A DNA stretch of 64,000 bases from contig NIVC01002003.1 in the NCBI GenBank assembly GCA_002269645.1, forward strand, positions 150,041 to 214,040. Direction: 5' to 3'. This document shows, piece after piece, positions 38,017 through 49,770 of the stretch (its first letter is position 1; each line of letters opens with the position of its first letter). Source of the stretch: Macrostomum lignano. Its lineage: Eukaryota. The translations under genes and the position numbers were made by a program. The notes beneath the pieces were generated by a model. It had not been told where the DNA came from. It saw only the letters and a list, made by a program, of their open reading frames with translations, and ran no database searches.

Positions 38017-40480
38017 TTACAAATTCCTCGCTGGCCGAAGCGATGCCACCCCACCAGAGCCAGGCGACACCAGTTGCCTCGACACCGGAGGTGCTGCAGC
38101 CGCTCCACCAGAGCCAGGCGACACCAGTTGCCTCGACGCCGGAGTTGCTGCAGCCGCTCCACCAGAGCCAGGCGACACCAGTTGCCTCGACACCGGAGGT
38201 GCTGCAGCCGCTCCACCAGAGCCAGGCGACACCAGTTGCCTCGACGCCGGAGGTGCTGCAGCCGCTCCACCAGAGCCAGGCGACACCAGTTGCCTCGACG
38301 CCGGAGGTGCTGCAGCCGCTCCACCAGAGCCAGGCGATACCAGTTGCCTCGACGCCAGAGGTGCTGCAGCCGCTCCACCAGAGCCAGAGGACATCCGCTG
38401 CCCCGCCGTTCGAAGCGAAGAGGTTGCTACCCTAATGCGCTCAGGGTGTTTGGCATGCTTTAGGCAATCTTTGGTAGCATCCTCAACATCCTTTTCGGTT
38501 GTTCGTATTGACAGCATTGCTGCACCTCGCACAACTGGCCACAGTGGAGTACCTTTGAATGCCATCTTTGCTCCTCTTCCACGGAAATTAAAGAGTGCGG
38601 CCACTCCAGGTGTCAGTAGATTGCGAAGTATTCGCCGTACAACATCCCGCAGATCATTGCCACCAGCACATGATAGCTGCCTTTGCTAGAAATGAACATA
38701 AAAAATCACTATGTACAGATTAACAGGTACATAACAATGAAATACGTAAGTTAAATAAAAGAAAGAGTACAGTTGCAAAATTATCAAGATGATTATAGTA
38801 CATACTGGAAATTGCGACAATCTAGAATACATTATAGTGCCTCACTAATTCACTCAATCCAAAATTTACAATTAAAAACAAGACACGACTCGGAGTATTA
38901 TACAATCTAACCCAGCGAATAGCCAAATGCTCTTACCAGATTTTCAGCGTTTGCTTCAGTAGTAAGGAATTCAGAGAGTCTCTAAAAGTCTACTTCAGAG
39001 CGACACGGCAATGAGATAGGCATGGCAATGGCAACACCCCGACGGCTGGTCAAGTAGGCTAGACTCCGAGCAATTTCACAGTTTTGCTGCCGTGTGGCCG
39101 CCAGCTCTCGCAGTATGATCCGCTCAACTCCTGCAAAACATATAATTTTAATTTTTGCCTCGCATCAGCGATAAAACTTTCCACTAACAAATGCTTACTT
39201 GTTGGCTGACTCTGTAAGCTGGAGTTTCGACCAAAGTCCCCAAACAAATCATTTTGTTCTCTGGCGGCAATGTTTTGATCGTCGACATGCAGCTGTTCGG
39301 AAACCATTTGGTGTTAATGCAATGTCGGCTGTTAAACAAAAAATAATTGAGCATAAACCAGATTGAAAAAATCACAGGAAATTGTATCAAATATATACTT
39401 ACATGTGTGTTGAGCTGTCACAATTGAGCTGGCACTTTGCCTGTGACTGCCATCATCTGCATAAAGCTTAGCTACTAATCCGCCTGGATCTATGTTAAAA
39501 GGGTGGAGGGGGGGTTAGTTTAATTGCATACAACAATCAATCATATCTATACAAAATACAAACTACTTGCTGGTATAATTAACTGAAATAGTTTTTCGTT
39601 TCTTTACCACGCTACTGTATGGCCAAAAAAGGTGTATTAAAAACCTATAAGAATATTCTACTAGATACATACCTTCCTGTCCATAGGCACAATTCTGCTC
39701 AGCAGCCAGAAAGTCTGAGTTTAACTCGGACTGTAAACCATAGCCAACAGCACCTGCGTCAATACCAGCAGGTTGTTCATGTGAAATGGAGGCTGCTGAA
39801 AGCATTTGAATTTGTTTAAAATAAAACTATGCAAAAACACACCAATGCCAATAGCAACATTAAGCACTTACAAGCAAGTCCAGACTGTGTGTGCAACACC
39901 AGATTTGAGTTAGCAGAAATCTCTGGCTGATTGACACCAGCAAACTCAGGATTGAAAATTGTTGAGCAGCCTTGATGAAAAAGTGGAAACAACTTTTGAA
40001 TTACAAGATGTAATAAATATATGGCAATTGATACCAATTTTTTACATACCTGTCAGTTCAGGAAATGGTGGGATAAAATCATTGACCATGTTATCAGCTT
40101 CATTGTCACTATCAGAGTCAGAATTTTCAGCTGGTACATGTGACTTTTTGCTAGGACCCTGCCTGCTAGTGAAACTCTCGTTGGCAAATCTTTGTGGTGG
40201 CACAGATACCCTTCTCTGTTCTGTATCTGTGGACAAGTCATCATTTCCCATTGTTGCCTTTCTCAGCCGATGTCGTGCAATTATTTCACAGGATGTTGTA
40301 GACAAAATTTTGCAAGGATGCAACTCCCAACCTTCTTCTGGCTTTGCATGCCTACTCCGTAAAGATCTTAATTCAGTTGAGTCACATTTTGGCCAAAGAC
40401 ACTGAGTTCGACCAATTAGCCAGTTGCCACTGACATACTCAACTAAATCATGGTCAAAAAGGACAATGCTGAATGTATCC
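38017..40480 (-). pseudogene. Multi-exon EnSpm accessory gene with DUF4806-like C-terminal domain
   Basis: N-terminal FSIVLF...W...CLWP...W...CKIL; C-terminal GGNDLRDVVRRILRNLLTPGVAALFNFRGRGAKMAF...TEKDVEDATKDCLKHA. Confidence 0.6.
38051..38390. repeat. 54-bp tandem repeat, about 6 units
   Basis: Period 54 (38051/38105); reads as 18-aa repeats in several frames. Confidence 0.95.
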
Positions 40481-40566
40481 TATAGATTGTTTAAGAATAT
40501 AAATTATTTTGCATATAATAAATTGTTATTGAGCATTATAGAATCTTCATAACAGATATATTTCAC

Positions 40567-43010
40567 TTATAAAAACATTGGAATAAACAAAACCTTTCTA
40601 TCTACTGGAATTTCACAGTACTTCCTAATAACATTATTAAGTGGGATACATGTAAGTGTATTATCTAGGTTAGACACAAGATGAATAGATAGTTTGCTAG
40701 ATTCCATAGGATAATTAAAGAAAGATTCTTTTGATTTAAATTGCTGACAAATAAGCATTGCCTGCTGGTTAATACATAAAATATTATGTATTTTATAAAG
40801 GATTCCATTCTTATCTTCAATATTACAATCTCTTTGAGAAGCAGAAAGTCGATGCTGATTGGTGCACACAGCATGGTATTGTTGAGACACAAAGTTGAAA
40901 GAAACATTGTTTGGGATAGGTCCATTAGAATGTTGCTTAATATATTTTAGGTTTGAAGTTGTGATTTTATCTTTAGTTGATTTTATCATATTAAATTCTT
41001 GCAACCTGCCACCAATTTGTGTTAAAGGAAGATAACTGGAACGAAGCATTCTTTTAATTTTTTTGCATGAAATTTTCAAACTTGAATGCTGAGAAACTAT
41101 CTAAACTGCCATTGCTTTTGACATCATCAGCAATGTAAATAAGATTATGCACATTATAGGTTAGGAACTGTATACCATAAATATTAATACTTGTTGACAC
41201 AAAAGTTTGAAGCAGTGTATTAGCGTATGCATAGATTTCAATACTCAAAATAGGGTTACATAAAATTGTAATTGCAGTGCTTAGAAGCAGAAAGTTTTTG
41301 TACAACTTAGTTGGAATAGCTGACTTTAATGCTACTAATCCAGAATAGAGCAAAAAGGTACGGAATTCATTTGCTTCCCAAAACGTTAGATCATTTAGTC
41401 CTCTTGGATTCCTTAAAAATTCAGATGGGAAAAAGGAAGACATGACTTGAAGATTATCACTAATATGAGTAATGACCCTGGACTGAAGTCTATAAGGAAG
41501 AGGTCCACAAGTCCATAGCATCAAAAGCCGCTTCACAACTCCAAGACATACTAAATGCATATACTTCGGCTGTCCAGAAAGTCGCGAGAATGTATTTAAA
41601 AAATCAGTCAGAACTATCAAAAAACACGATAACAGCACTAGTTGGTAATGTAATCTCCCGTTACATTGATTACAGCTTGGCAATGGTCAACGAGTCGCTG
41701 AACCTCTCTTTTTAAGCAATCTTCGTCAAGGCCTCTTGCCCACTGCAACGCAGCTTCTCGAACTTCATTGTGGTCGCTGAACACTCGCCTGGAGAAATCA
41801 TTCTTCATCCAACTGAACAAAAAACGGTCGCACAGATTGAAGTCTGGGCTGTAAGGACTCTGAAATACCAGCTGAACTCCACGGGACTCCATGTACTGCT
41901 GCACAGAACGGGCTACGTGAGGTCGCGCATTGTCCCACTGCCAAAGAACATCCGACAGGTGAATTGGCTTTGACCTCAGAGTACGCCATAGGTCTCCAGT
42001 GTGCCGAATGAATTCAACTATGCCATCTGCATCAACAGTTTGCTTCGGGGCTGTGGATTTAATGGAGAAGCGCTTGCTTGGAGTGAAAGCAACCAGAAGC
42101 ATTGTCTTTGCATTCCCGACCGAGTGCCTGACAACCTGGGGCCGATGATCTCCTTGGCCAAGCCAGCACCTGTTGTTTTGCTTTGTGCCAGTGTTGTTCA
42201 GGTACACCCACGTCTCATCTTCCACAACGTACTTGTCGCAAAAGTTTTCCACCCCCTCGTTGTAAAAAAGCCTGCGGATTTGCTTGGCACAATTGATGCG
42301 AGCAGTCTTGTTCTCCTCGGATAGAGCATGAGGAACCCAGACGGCAGAAACGTTTCGAAGGTGCAAATCCTCGGTCAAAATTTCGTGCACTGTTGTTTTA
42401 TCAACTTCCAAAAAGTCAGCGAGGTCTCGGACACTAACTTTTGAATCATCCGATCAGTTCCGTTGTCCTTGTTGACCGTGGCCGGCCAGTCCGAGGAGCT
42501 GAGGCCAGGGGAAATGCTTCATCACGGAACTTTGAGTACCATCTGTAAACCGTTGACTGACCTGGTGCGGCATCTCCATAAACTTTAATTAGTTCGTCAT
42601 AACAACTAATAACAGAGATTCCAAGACGGTATCTACGCTCGTAGCGTAGGCATAAGCCTGGAAATCTTCCATTTTGACGAACTCGCTATTAAATTTTTCA
42701 AGCTTGATCACCGCGTTGCATTGGTTATTGAGCACTTTATGCTGAGCTCGCCCCTGCCCCCAATTTTGCTGCTAGAATAACAAGAATTTTCACCATAGAC
42801 ATATATAAGTCTATTATTGAAATTTTATGTGTGCCATGTCATCAGCTTGCTGCTTTCTTGCTTGACTGACACATTCTCACGACTTTCCGGACAGGCGAAG
42901 TAGTCTAATGGAAATGCCAAAATCATATTCACTTTTAGTAAAATTCGTGGACTAATACCAATATGATGATCTTCATCAGTTTGGGCTCGAAAGGATTGGT
43001 CTGTTCGCAA
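40567..43010 (-). pseudogene. EnSpm/CMC-like transposase split by a mariner and frameshifted
   Basis: RTDQSF...EDHHIGISP...FPLDY|MHLVCLGVVK, FPSEFLRNPR, WEANEFRTFLLY, YNVHNL, LDSFSAFKFEN. Confidence 0.85.
41564..42900 (-). mobile_element. Mariner (D,D34D) element, 1337 bp, with frameshifted N-terminus
   Basis: WVPHAL, EDETW, WDNARPH...SPYSPDFNLCD (34 residues between D2 and D3); ~30-bp imperfect TIRs cttcggctgtccagaaagtcgcgagaatgt / acattctcacgactttccggacaggcgaag; TA TSD at 41562-41563 and 42901-42902. Confidence 0.95.
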
Positions 43011-43041
43011 TGCTGCATTGGTCTTGTCACGTTATTGATGT

Positions 43042-43841
43042 TGGCCGTGACCCTTAAAAGGGCCGTTTTAGTCCCAAAATAAGTTGAAGTCAACTTAGGC
43101 GAAGTGGATGGTGTAGCGGAGCACTTGGCGATAAAGGCAGGAACTGCCGTAGTTGTCTTTATTGTTAATATCAGTATTAAGTTTGGTTGTTACTGGCAAT
43201 AAACGGACTATAGCTTTCTGGGCACTGGCGGCTGCAACAATGGGTTGAATATAATTTGGATATGAAGTCAAGTGGCAGGCGAATGACACAATGGCGATGT
43301 GACGAGATCAGAGGCTATGAGCACAATGAAGGCAGTGAAACGTAGTGGCGAGTTGGCGTCGGTCGTGGCGTGAGACAGTCAAGTAAGTGTGTGAGCAGGC
43401 TGGCCCAGGCAGAGGGGCCGTGGTGAGAAATAAGGAGGCTCGAGGCAGCCAGACAAACAGATAAGACAGCTAAGAGGCAGCAGGGAAGAAAACCAAGAGA
43501 GCGAGAGGAGAGAGAGGAGAGTGGAGTGCCCGCCGCCAGGCGGGGGGTTTAATAAAAGAGCGCAGAGGGGGGGGGGTAGCGCGAGCACGAGTGATTTCAT
43601 TGGCTGGCGAGAGAACTTAAAATTATCGATCGTGCCAATTTTATACGGTCGCGAGAGAGGGTAGCAAAATATACAGTGAGTTAGAAATTGCCACAAAATC
43701 GTTGGGCATTACTACAAGTAAACGTCGCAATAAACGAATGGAAAAGTTTAGTTGAAACGGTGAAACTGAAGGGTTGAATGACTATGGAGAACAGCAGTCC
43801 AACGGCCCTTTTCGGGACCACCTTAAACTGACAACGTCACA
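43042..43841 (-). mobile_element. Family X solo-LTR-like repeat, copy 2
   Basis: Reverse complement of 10384-11217. Confidence 0.65.
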
Positions 43842-44009
43842 GTCTCATCTAAAATAACATGTTTTTCAAAATAGCCATGAACTATGCACCTTTCACAAGA
43901 AGCATAGCCACTATGCCCTTTTATACACTTAATAAAGGCACGAGCTGGTGCATCACAAATGAACATAATATTGACTTTTGACTCAATAATTAGCATTTAA
44001 CCCAATTAT

Positions 44010-45385
44010 CCCAATTACCCCATTTATCCCAATCCCGATGATTCCAATCTTGCAATCCTGATCCGATTTATCCCAATCCCGATCCCATTTATTCTAATCT
44101 TGCAATCCTGATCCCATTTATTCCAATCCCGATCCCATTTATTCCAATCTTGCAATCCTGATCCCATTTATTCTAATCCCGATCCCATTTATTCCAATCT
44201 TGCAATCCTGATCCGATTTATCTCAATCCCGATCCGATTTATCTCAATCCCGATCCCATTTATTTCAATCTTGCAGTCCTGATCCCATTTATTCCAATCC
44301 CGATCCCATATATTCTAATCTTGCAATCCTGATCCCATTTATTCCAATCCCGATCTCATTTATTCCAATCTTGCAATCCTGATCCGAATTATCTCAATCC
44401 CGATCCCATTTATTCCAATCTTGCAATCCTGATCCCATTTATTCCATCCCGATCCCATTTATTCCAATCTTGCAATCCTGATCCCATTTATTCCAATCCC
44501 GATTCTATTTATTCCAATCTTGCAATCCTGATCCCATTTATCCCAATCCCGATCCCATTTATTCCAATCTTGCAATCCTGATCCCATTTATTCCAATCCC
44601 GATCCCATTTATTCCAATTTTGCACTCCTGACCCCATTTATCCCAATCCCGATGATTCCAATCTTGCAATCCTGATCCGATTTATCCCAATCCCGATCCC
44701 ATTTATTCCAATTTTGCACTCCTAATCCCATTTATTCCAATCTTGCACTCCCGATCCCATTTATTCCAATCTTGCAATCCTGATCCCATTTATTCCAATC
44801 CCGATCCGATTTATTCCAATCTTGCAATCCTGATCCCATTTATTCCAATCCCGATCCCATTTTTTCCAATCTTGCAATCCTGATCCCATTTATTCCAATC
44901 CCGATCCCATTTATTCCAATCTTGCAATCCTGATCCCATTTATTCCAATCTTGATTCCATTTATTCCAATCTTGCAATCCTGATCCTATTTATCCCAATC
45001 CCGATCCCATTTATTCCAATCTTGCAATCCTGATCCCTTTTATTCTAATCCCGATCCCATTTATTCCAATCTTGCAATCCTGATCCGATTTATTTTAATC
45101 CCGATCCGATTTATCTCAATCCCGATCCCATTTATTTCAATCTTGCAGTCCTGATCCCACTTATTCCAATCCCGATCCCATTTATTCCAATCTTGCAATC
45201 CTGATCCGATTTATCCCAATCCCTATCCCATTTATTCCAATCTTGCAATCCTGATCCTATTTATCCCAATCCTTATCCTATTTATTCCAATCTTGCAATC
45301 CTGATCCCATTTATCCCAATCCTTATCCCATTTATTCCAATCTTACAATCCTGATCCCATTTATCCCAATCCTGGTTCCATTCCA
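44010..45385. repeat. Satellite of alternating 21-bp (atcccatttattccaatcccg) and 29-bp (atcccatttattccaatcttgcaatcctg) units
   Basis: Direct reading. Confidence 0.95.
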
Positions 45386-45719
45386 GGTTAACAAACTGGA
45401 CAGACAGAACAGGTGCCCAGTAATAAATTCTGTGGATCTTTATTTGACAAATTATTTGTACGCTTTCTTTTACAATTTTTAATTAAGCAATTGTTAAACT
45501 ACTTCAAAAACTGTTTATGTAGTAAAATGTGTGCCCTAGCAACTGACAGAGTATACATATAGCAAATAATAAAAAGGAATAGGAAATCTGGGGAATATAG
45601 GAAATCATTTTTATCGTTTAAAAAAACTCTCTCAACAGTTGCTATGTATAGAGTTATGCTACTGAACTTATCAATTTGTCAGGTGTCAGAAACAGAAAAC
45701 GTTTGGATAGAAAACTTCT

Positions 45720-45847
45720 TCATTCTTCAACGGTGCTGCGGCTGCCGCTGCGGCTGCGGCTGCGGCTGCGGCTGCGGCTGCGGCGGGGTAGATCACGGCA
45801 CTCTGCCGCGATGTGGCCGCGCCGCAGGCAGAATCGGCAGAGTCCGA
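45720..45847 (-). CDS. Putative terminal exon: CCHC zinc knuckle + RS-dipeptide tail
   Basis: ttttttacag acceptor; CRFCLRRGHIAAEC (C-X2-C-X4-H-X4-C) then RSRSRSRS from a (GCTGCG)n microsatellite. Confidence 0.35.
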
Positions 45848-46508
45848 CTGTAAAAAATAAAGCTATTAGATTTGTCACATTAGTTTTGTGACGTATATTC
45901 TCTTGAATAATTGGTCTACCGGCGACATTCTCGCGATTCATGGCTCTCAAGTTCAAGAGTACGCCCAGATGATAAGCCTCGGCTGTTCGCAAGCGGAAGT
46001 GCATCCCTGGCCAGAAAATTCGCAAGCCCGTATAAAACAAAACGGTCACAAAAAGGGGCTGTTACCGTTCCACTTGATACCGTGGTCTGTAATGATTGTG
46101 ACCGTTTATTGTGACCGTTTATGTTCATGATAATAAGGTAACACGATACCGTTCATAGTTACCATATTTGTGACCGTTTTTTCAGAGTCACATGTTACCG
46201 ATCAATGTTACTGTAGTTTCCTACCGTTTGTTCAGACTCACATGTTACCGATCAATGTTACCATACTTTGTGACAGTTTTGTTTAGGGTACTATGTTACT
46301 GTTTACTGTTACCGTATTTTGTGACCGTTTTGTGACCTTGTGTGTTCCTTTTCTGACTATTGACCAACAGTATTATAATATGTAAATAAGTAACAGGAAT
46401 ACGAATCAGCAGAAATATATTAGATGTGAAATAACCAGTAGTTACAGCAATAAAGCTTTACGCGAAGCGCGCTAGTATTCAAATGCATTATATGGTGCAT
46501 ATAGTTAC

Positions 46509-46735
46509 CAGAAGTGCGCCAAAAAAGAACTAGTTGAAGTAGTGGGACATCGCAGAAGTGCGCCAAAAAAGAACTAGTTGAACTAGTGGGACATCGCAGA
46601 AGTGCGCCAAAAAAGAACTAGTTGAACTAGTGGGAAATCGCAGAAGTGCGCCAAAAAGAACTAGTTGAATTTGTGGGACATCGCAGAAGTGCGCCAAAAA
46701 ACAATTAATTGAACTAGTGGGACATGGCAGACGTG
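46509..46735. repeat. 44-bp tandem repeat, about 5 units
   Basis: cagaagtgcgccaaaaaagaactagttgaactagtgggacatcg; period 44. Confidence 0.9.
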
Positions 46736-46991
46736 TGCGACCAAAAGTTAAGCAGTTTAGAAACCAATTGTACTGCGACGTTTAGGTTTAGTTTAGCTTT
46801 GTTTAATTTAGCTTTGTGTAGTTTAGCTTTGTTTAGTTTAGCACAATGCCTAACGTAACATGATATGTTGCATACACAAATTTCTCCCTCCAACTCTCTC
46901 CATTTTCTATAATTCCCGATAAGGTCAGAAAACGCCCAGTTAATAATAAAATGCCTGAAATGGCTGCATTTCAGTCTGTGTACACTTCTAC

Positions 46992-47645
46992 TCATGGATT
47001 TGCAGATGGATGAGAGGCTGCAGCTTCGTCGTCATTGTGATCGCCGTTGTCACCACTGTTGGCGTCCTCATCGGCATCGATGTCGATCGTCGCCACCTCA
47101 TTGCTTCTTTTATTATCGCCGCTGGGTGCCACTTTGAGCGATTTTTTTAGTTTTCGCGCATGCACTTAAACATCTCGGCATAGTTTCTTTCCGGAATTTG
47201 GTTGGGAAACTGCAGGCCGTGAATAAACGCCTTAATGGCGAATTTTTTCCACTTCCGCTTTTGGTGGCGGACCAGTTTTTGTCGACCTACGTCCCGTGTA
47301 AGAGCAGGTAGTCAGCTCATCTTCCGTGAAAATTGCTAGGTACAAGGTCCGAAGCAATTTATCTGCGTCAGTACTCCTGTAACCTCCCTTGACATAGGCG
47401 GACACAGCATGCTTTATCTTTGCATAGTCGGTGGCCGACACGACGACGTCGGGACAGCGCGCTGTCAAGGACCTCGTCTCGGGCTCACGTTTCCGCTGGT
47501 TCACTGACGACATTCGGATCTGAGCGCGCAGGTCCATGTCGTCCAGCAACGGAGCTGCAGACACCGCGGCCGCAGAAGCGCCACCACCAGCAGTCGTACT
47601 GCTGCTGCTAATCGTGTCAGCAACGCAATCTACTGCGATATTCAT
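46992..47645 (-). CDS. ORF3 with BEN-domain-like region and acidic tail (one frameshift near 47245)
   Basis: LLRTLYLAIFTEDELTTCSYTGRRS..., then in the shifted frame FAIKAFIHGLQFP...YAEMFKCMREKLKK, matching the BEN helical pattern. Confidence 0.65.
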
Positions 47646-47650
47646 CTCGC

Positions 47651-49770
47651 CTAGTCCGTTGGAAACGGCAACTCCGTCCTAGGCCGGTTGCGGCGGGAAG
47701 AGGCTCGGTCCTCTTCGGTTGGCGAGCGCTCAGTGCGCTTGAATGCTCGGCGGTGCATTTCTGTGCTGAAATGCGGTTCAATTTGCGAGCGGATGCGGGC
47801 GATGCGGCTAACATAAGTCTTGGACCTAGGATTAATAATCAGCCTCTCAGGCTGCCTACGATTCCTAGCCGGCCTACCGGCATCTACAATTCCTACAGGC
47901 GCTTCCACCGGAGTGGTGCATAGCGACGGCCCAGGGGTCTGGACCACAGAAAAATCAGCACTGGGGACGGGAGCAGAAACGGGCGGAAAAGAAACAGCAG
48001 GCATAGACGCATCAAGAACAGGCTCATGCAAATGACATTCACCATACGGCACTGGCTCACGCCGAAGTGCACTTGCCTGGTTCGCTGGTGTCGTGACCGG
48101 TCCACCTCCTGGCTGCACCTCCGGGATCGCCAAAGGCCGGAAGTGCCATCGGAAGGCCGGCCTTGCGTCGTAGCCGTCATCATCATCATCGTCGGGGTCG
48201 TCCTGGTCGTCTTCGGGAATCGGCGTCAGGGTCGCGGGTCCTGCGCAATCGGGGACGTCGGGCGGCCGCCGGCGTTTCTTCGGCTTGTCGACTTCAGGAT
48301 CAGATGTCCTCGTGTAGTCAGCGTCAGGCACGAGCAGAAGGTTCCGGCGATGGACGACTAGTTCGTCTCGTCTAGCTCTCGGGTTGGGCAGTCTCCGTCG
48401 AATCTTGTAGACAACCTCGCCCTTAGGCTCGACAACTTCGTACAGTGCTTTGCGCGGTCGATAAAACTTCTCCGCCTCGTCCGGTTCAAGCACCGGATTG
48501 TTGAGGAAGACCAGATCACCGGGTTGAAGCTTCTTGGCGGCGGGCAGGTTCGAGTAGTGCTCGTCTCGCAGTTGCTGGTGCAGATGCAGGCGCTCCTTGG
48601 CTAGCTCAGTCGCCTCGTCCAGGCGACGTTGGAAGTCCTTGACGTAGTCGGGCAGGTTGGCATACTCGGGCAGGTTCTTTAGGGCAGCTTCTTCAGCGCG
48701 TTGTCGATCGGGAGTCGGAAGTCACGGCCGAACACCAGGTAGTGAGGCGTGAAACCGGTCACCGGGTGCACGCTGGAGCGGAGAGCCATCAGGCAGGCCG
48801 GGAGGAAGGTGTCCCAGTCGTTGTGGTTGCGCTCGAGCAGACAGGTGAGGACACTCTTCAACTGCTTGTTGAGGTTCTCGACTTGTCCATTGGAAGCTGG
48901 ATTGTACGGTGTTGTTGTCGTATGCCGAATGCCAAACAGGTCGCAGAACTTCTTGAAGGCCGAACTGGTGAAGTTGGTGCCTTGGTCGGTGTGGATCCAG
49001 CATGGTACACCGAACTCGGGGATGAAGCGCTCCTGCAGAAGCTTGATGACTGTCTTGGCTTCCTGGTTTCTCATCGGGTAGGCGAATGGATACTTCGACG
49101 GCGCATCGCACAAGGTCATGATGTAGCGGTTGCCGCTCTTGCTCTCCTGCGCGATCGGTCCTACTACATCACAGTGGATTCTACCCAGAACTTCGCAAAC
49201 TGGGAAGCTCTGGACCGGAACTCTCTCTCGCCGTCGCGATTTACTTTCAAGGCAGGTGCGGCACTTACTGATGAAGGTCTTGGTAGCACGGGCTAATCCG
49301 GGTCTCCAGAGTAGCCGCAGTAACGTCTTCGTCTCGCCGAGGTGTCCACACAGTGGCGAACTGTGGAGCTCCTGGAGCACCTGGGCGTCAAGGGCCTCAG
49401 GCAGAACAACCTTTGGCGGCTGCTGGCCATCGGACAGGTCAATCAGCAGCAGGCCGTTGTCCTCCTCCAGGTTATCGTAGTATCCGAGCAGGTTCCGCTG
49501 CTCCTTCGTCAGTCGCAACCGGGCGTCGAACTCAGGCTTCGGGGCTTCGTTCTCGACCAGGTTGAGCACGTAGCTGATGGCTCGGTCAGCGCGTTGGGCG
49601 TCAACGAACTGTTGGCGAGTCATCGGCAGCTTCAGAAAATCAGTGAGCACAGCGTGGCATGGCTGAGGGGTCCGGATTCCCGCAGTCTCCGCTTTAATGG
49701 CTCCAAGTCGATCACACGGCACCGTCTTGTCGGCGTCAGGATTAGGTCGCTCCGAGGGACTTTGTCTCAA
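47651..49770 (-). CDS. Integrase (H2C2 zinc finger, DDE core, C-terminal module), frameshifted
   Basis: LHSSPLCGHLG...CRTC; IHCDVVGP; IHTDQGTNF; NGQVENLN; YEVV...VYKIR...VVHRRNL. Confidence 0.92.

Larger units (their letters stand above)
37544..43030 (-). mobile_element. EnSpm/CMC-like DNA transposon (transposase + accessory gene), defective
   Basis: Candidate CAC terminus at 37544 with ttgcca/ggcaac subterminal motifs; two genes described below; the right end is lost at the LTR insertion. Confidence 0.75.

Noticed and set aside
44010-45385. Telomere-like repeat
   Set aside because: Units are 21/29 bp with no TTAGGG-type core; it is an ordinary satellite.
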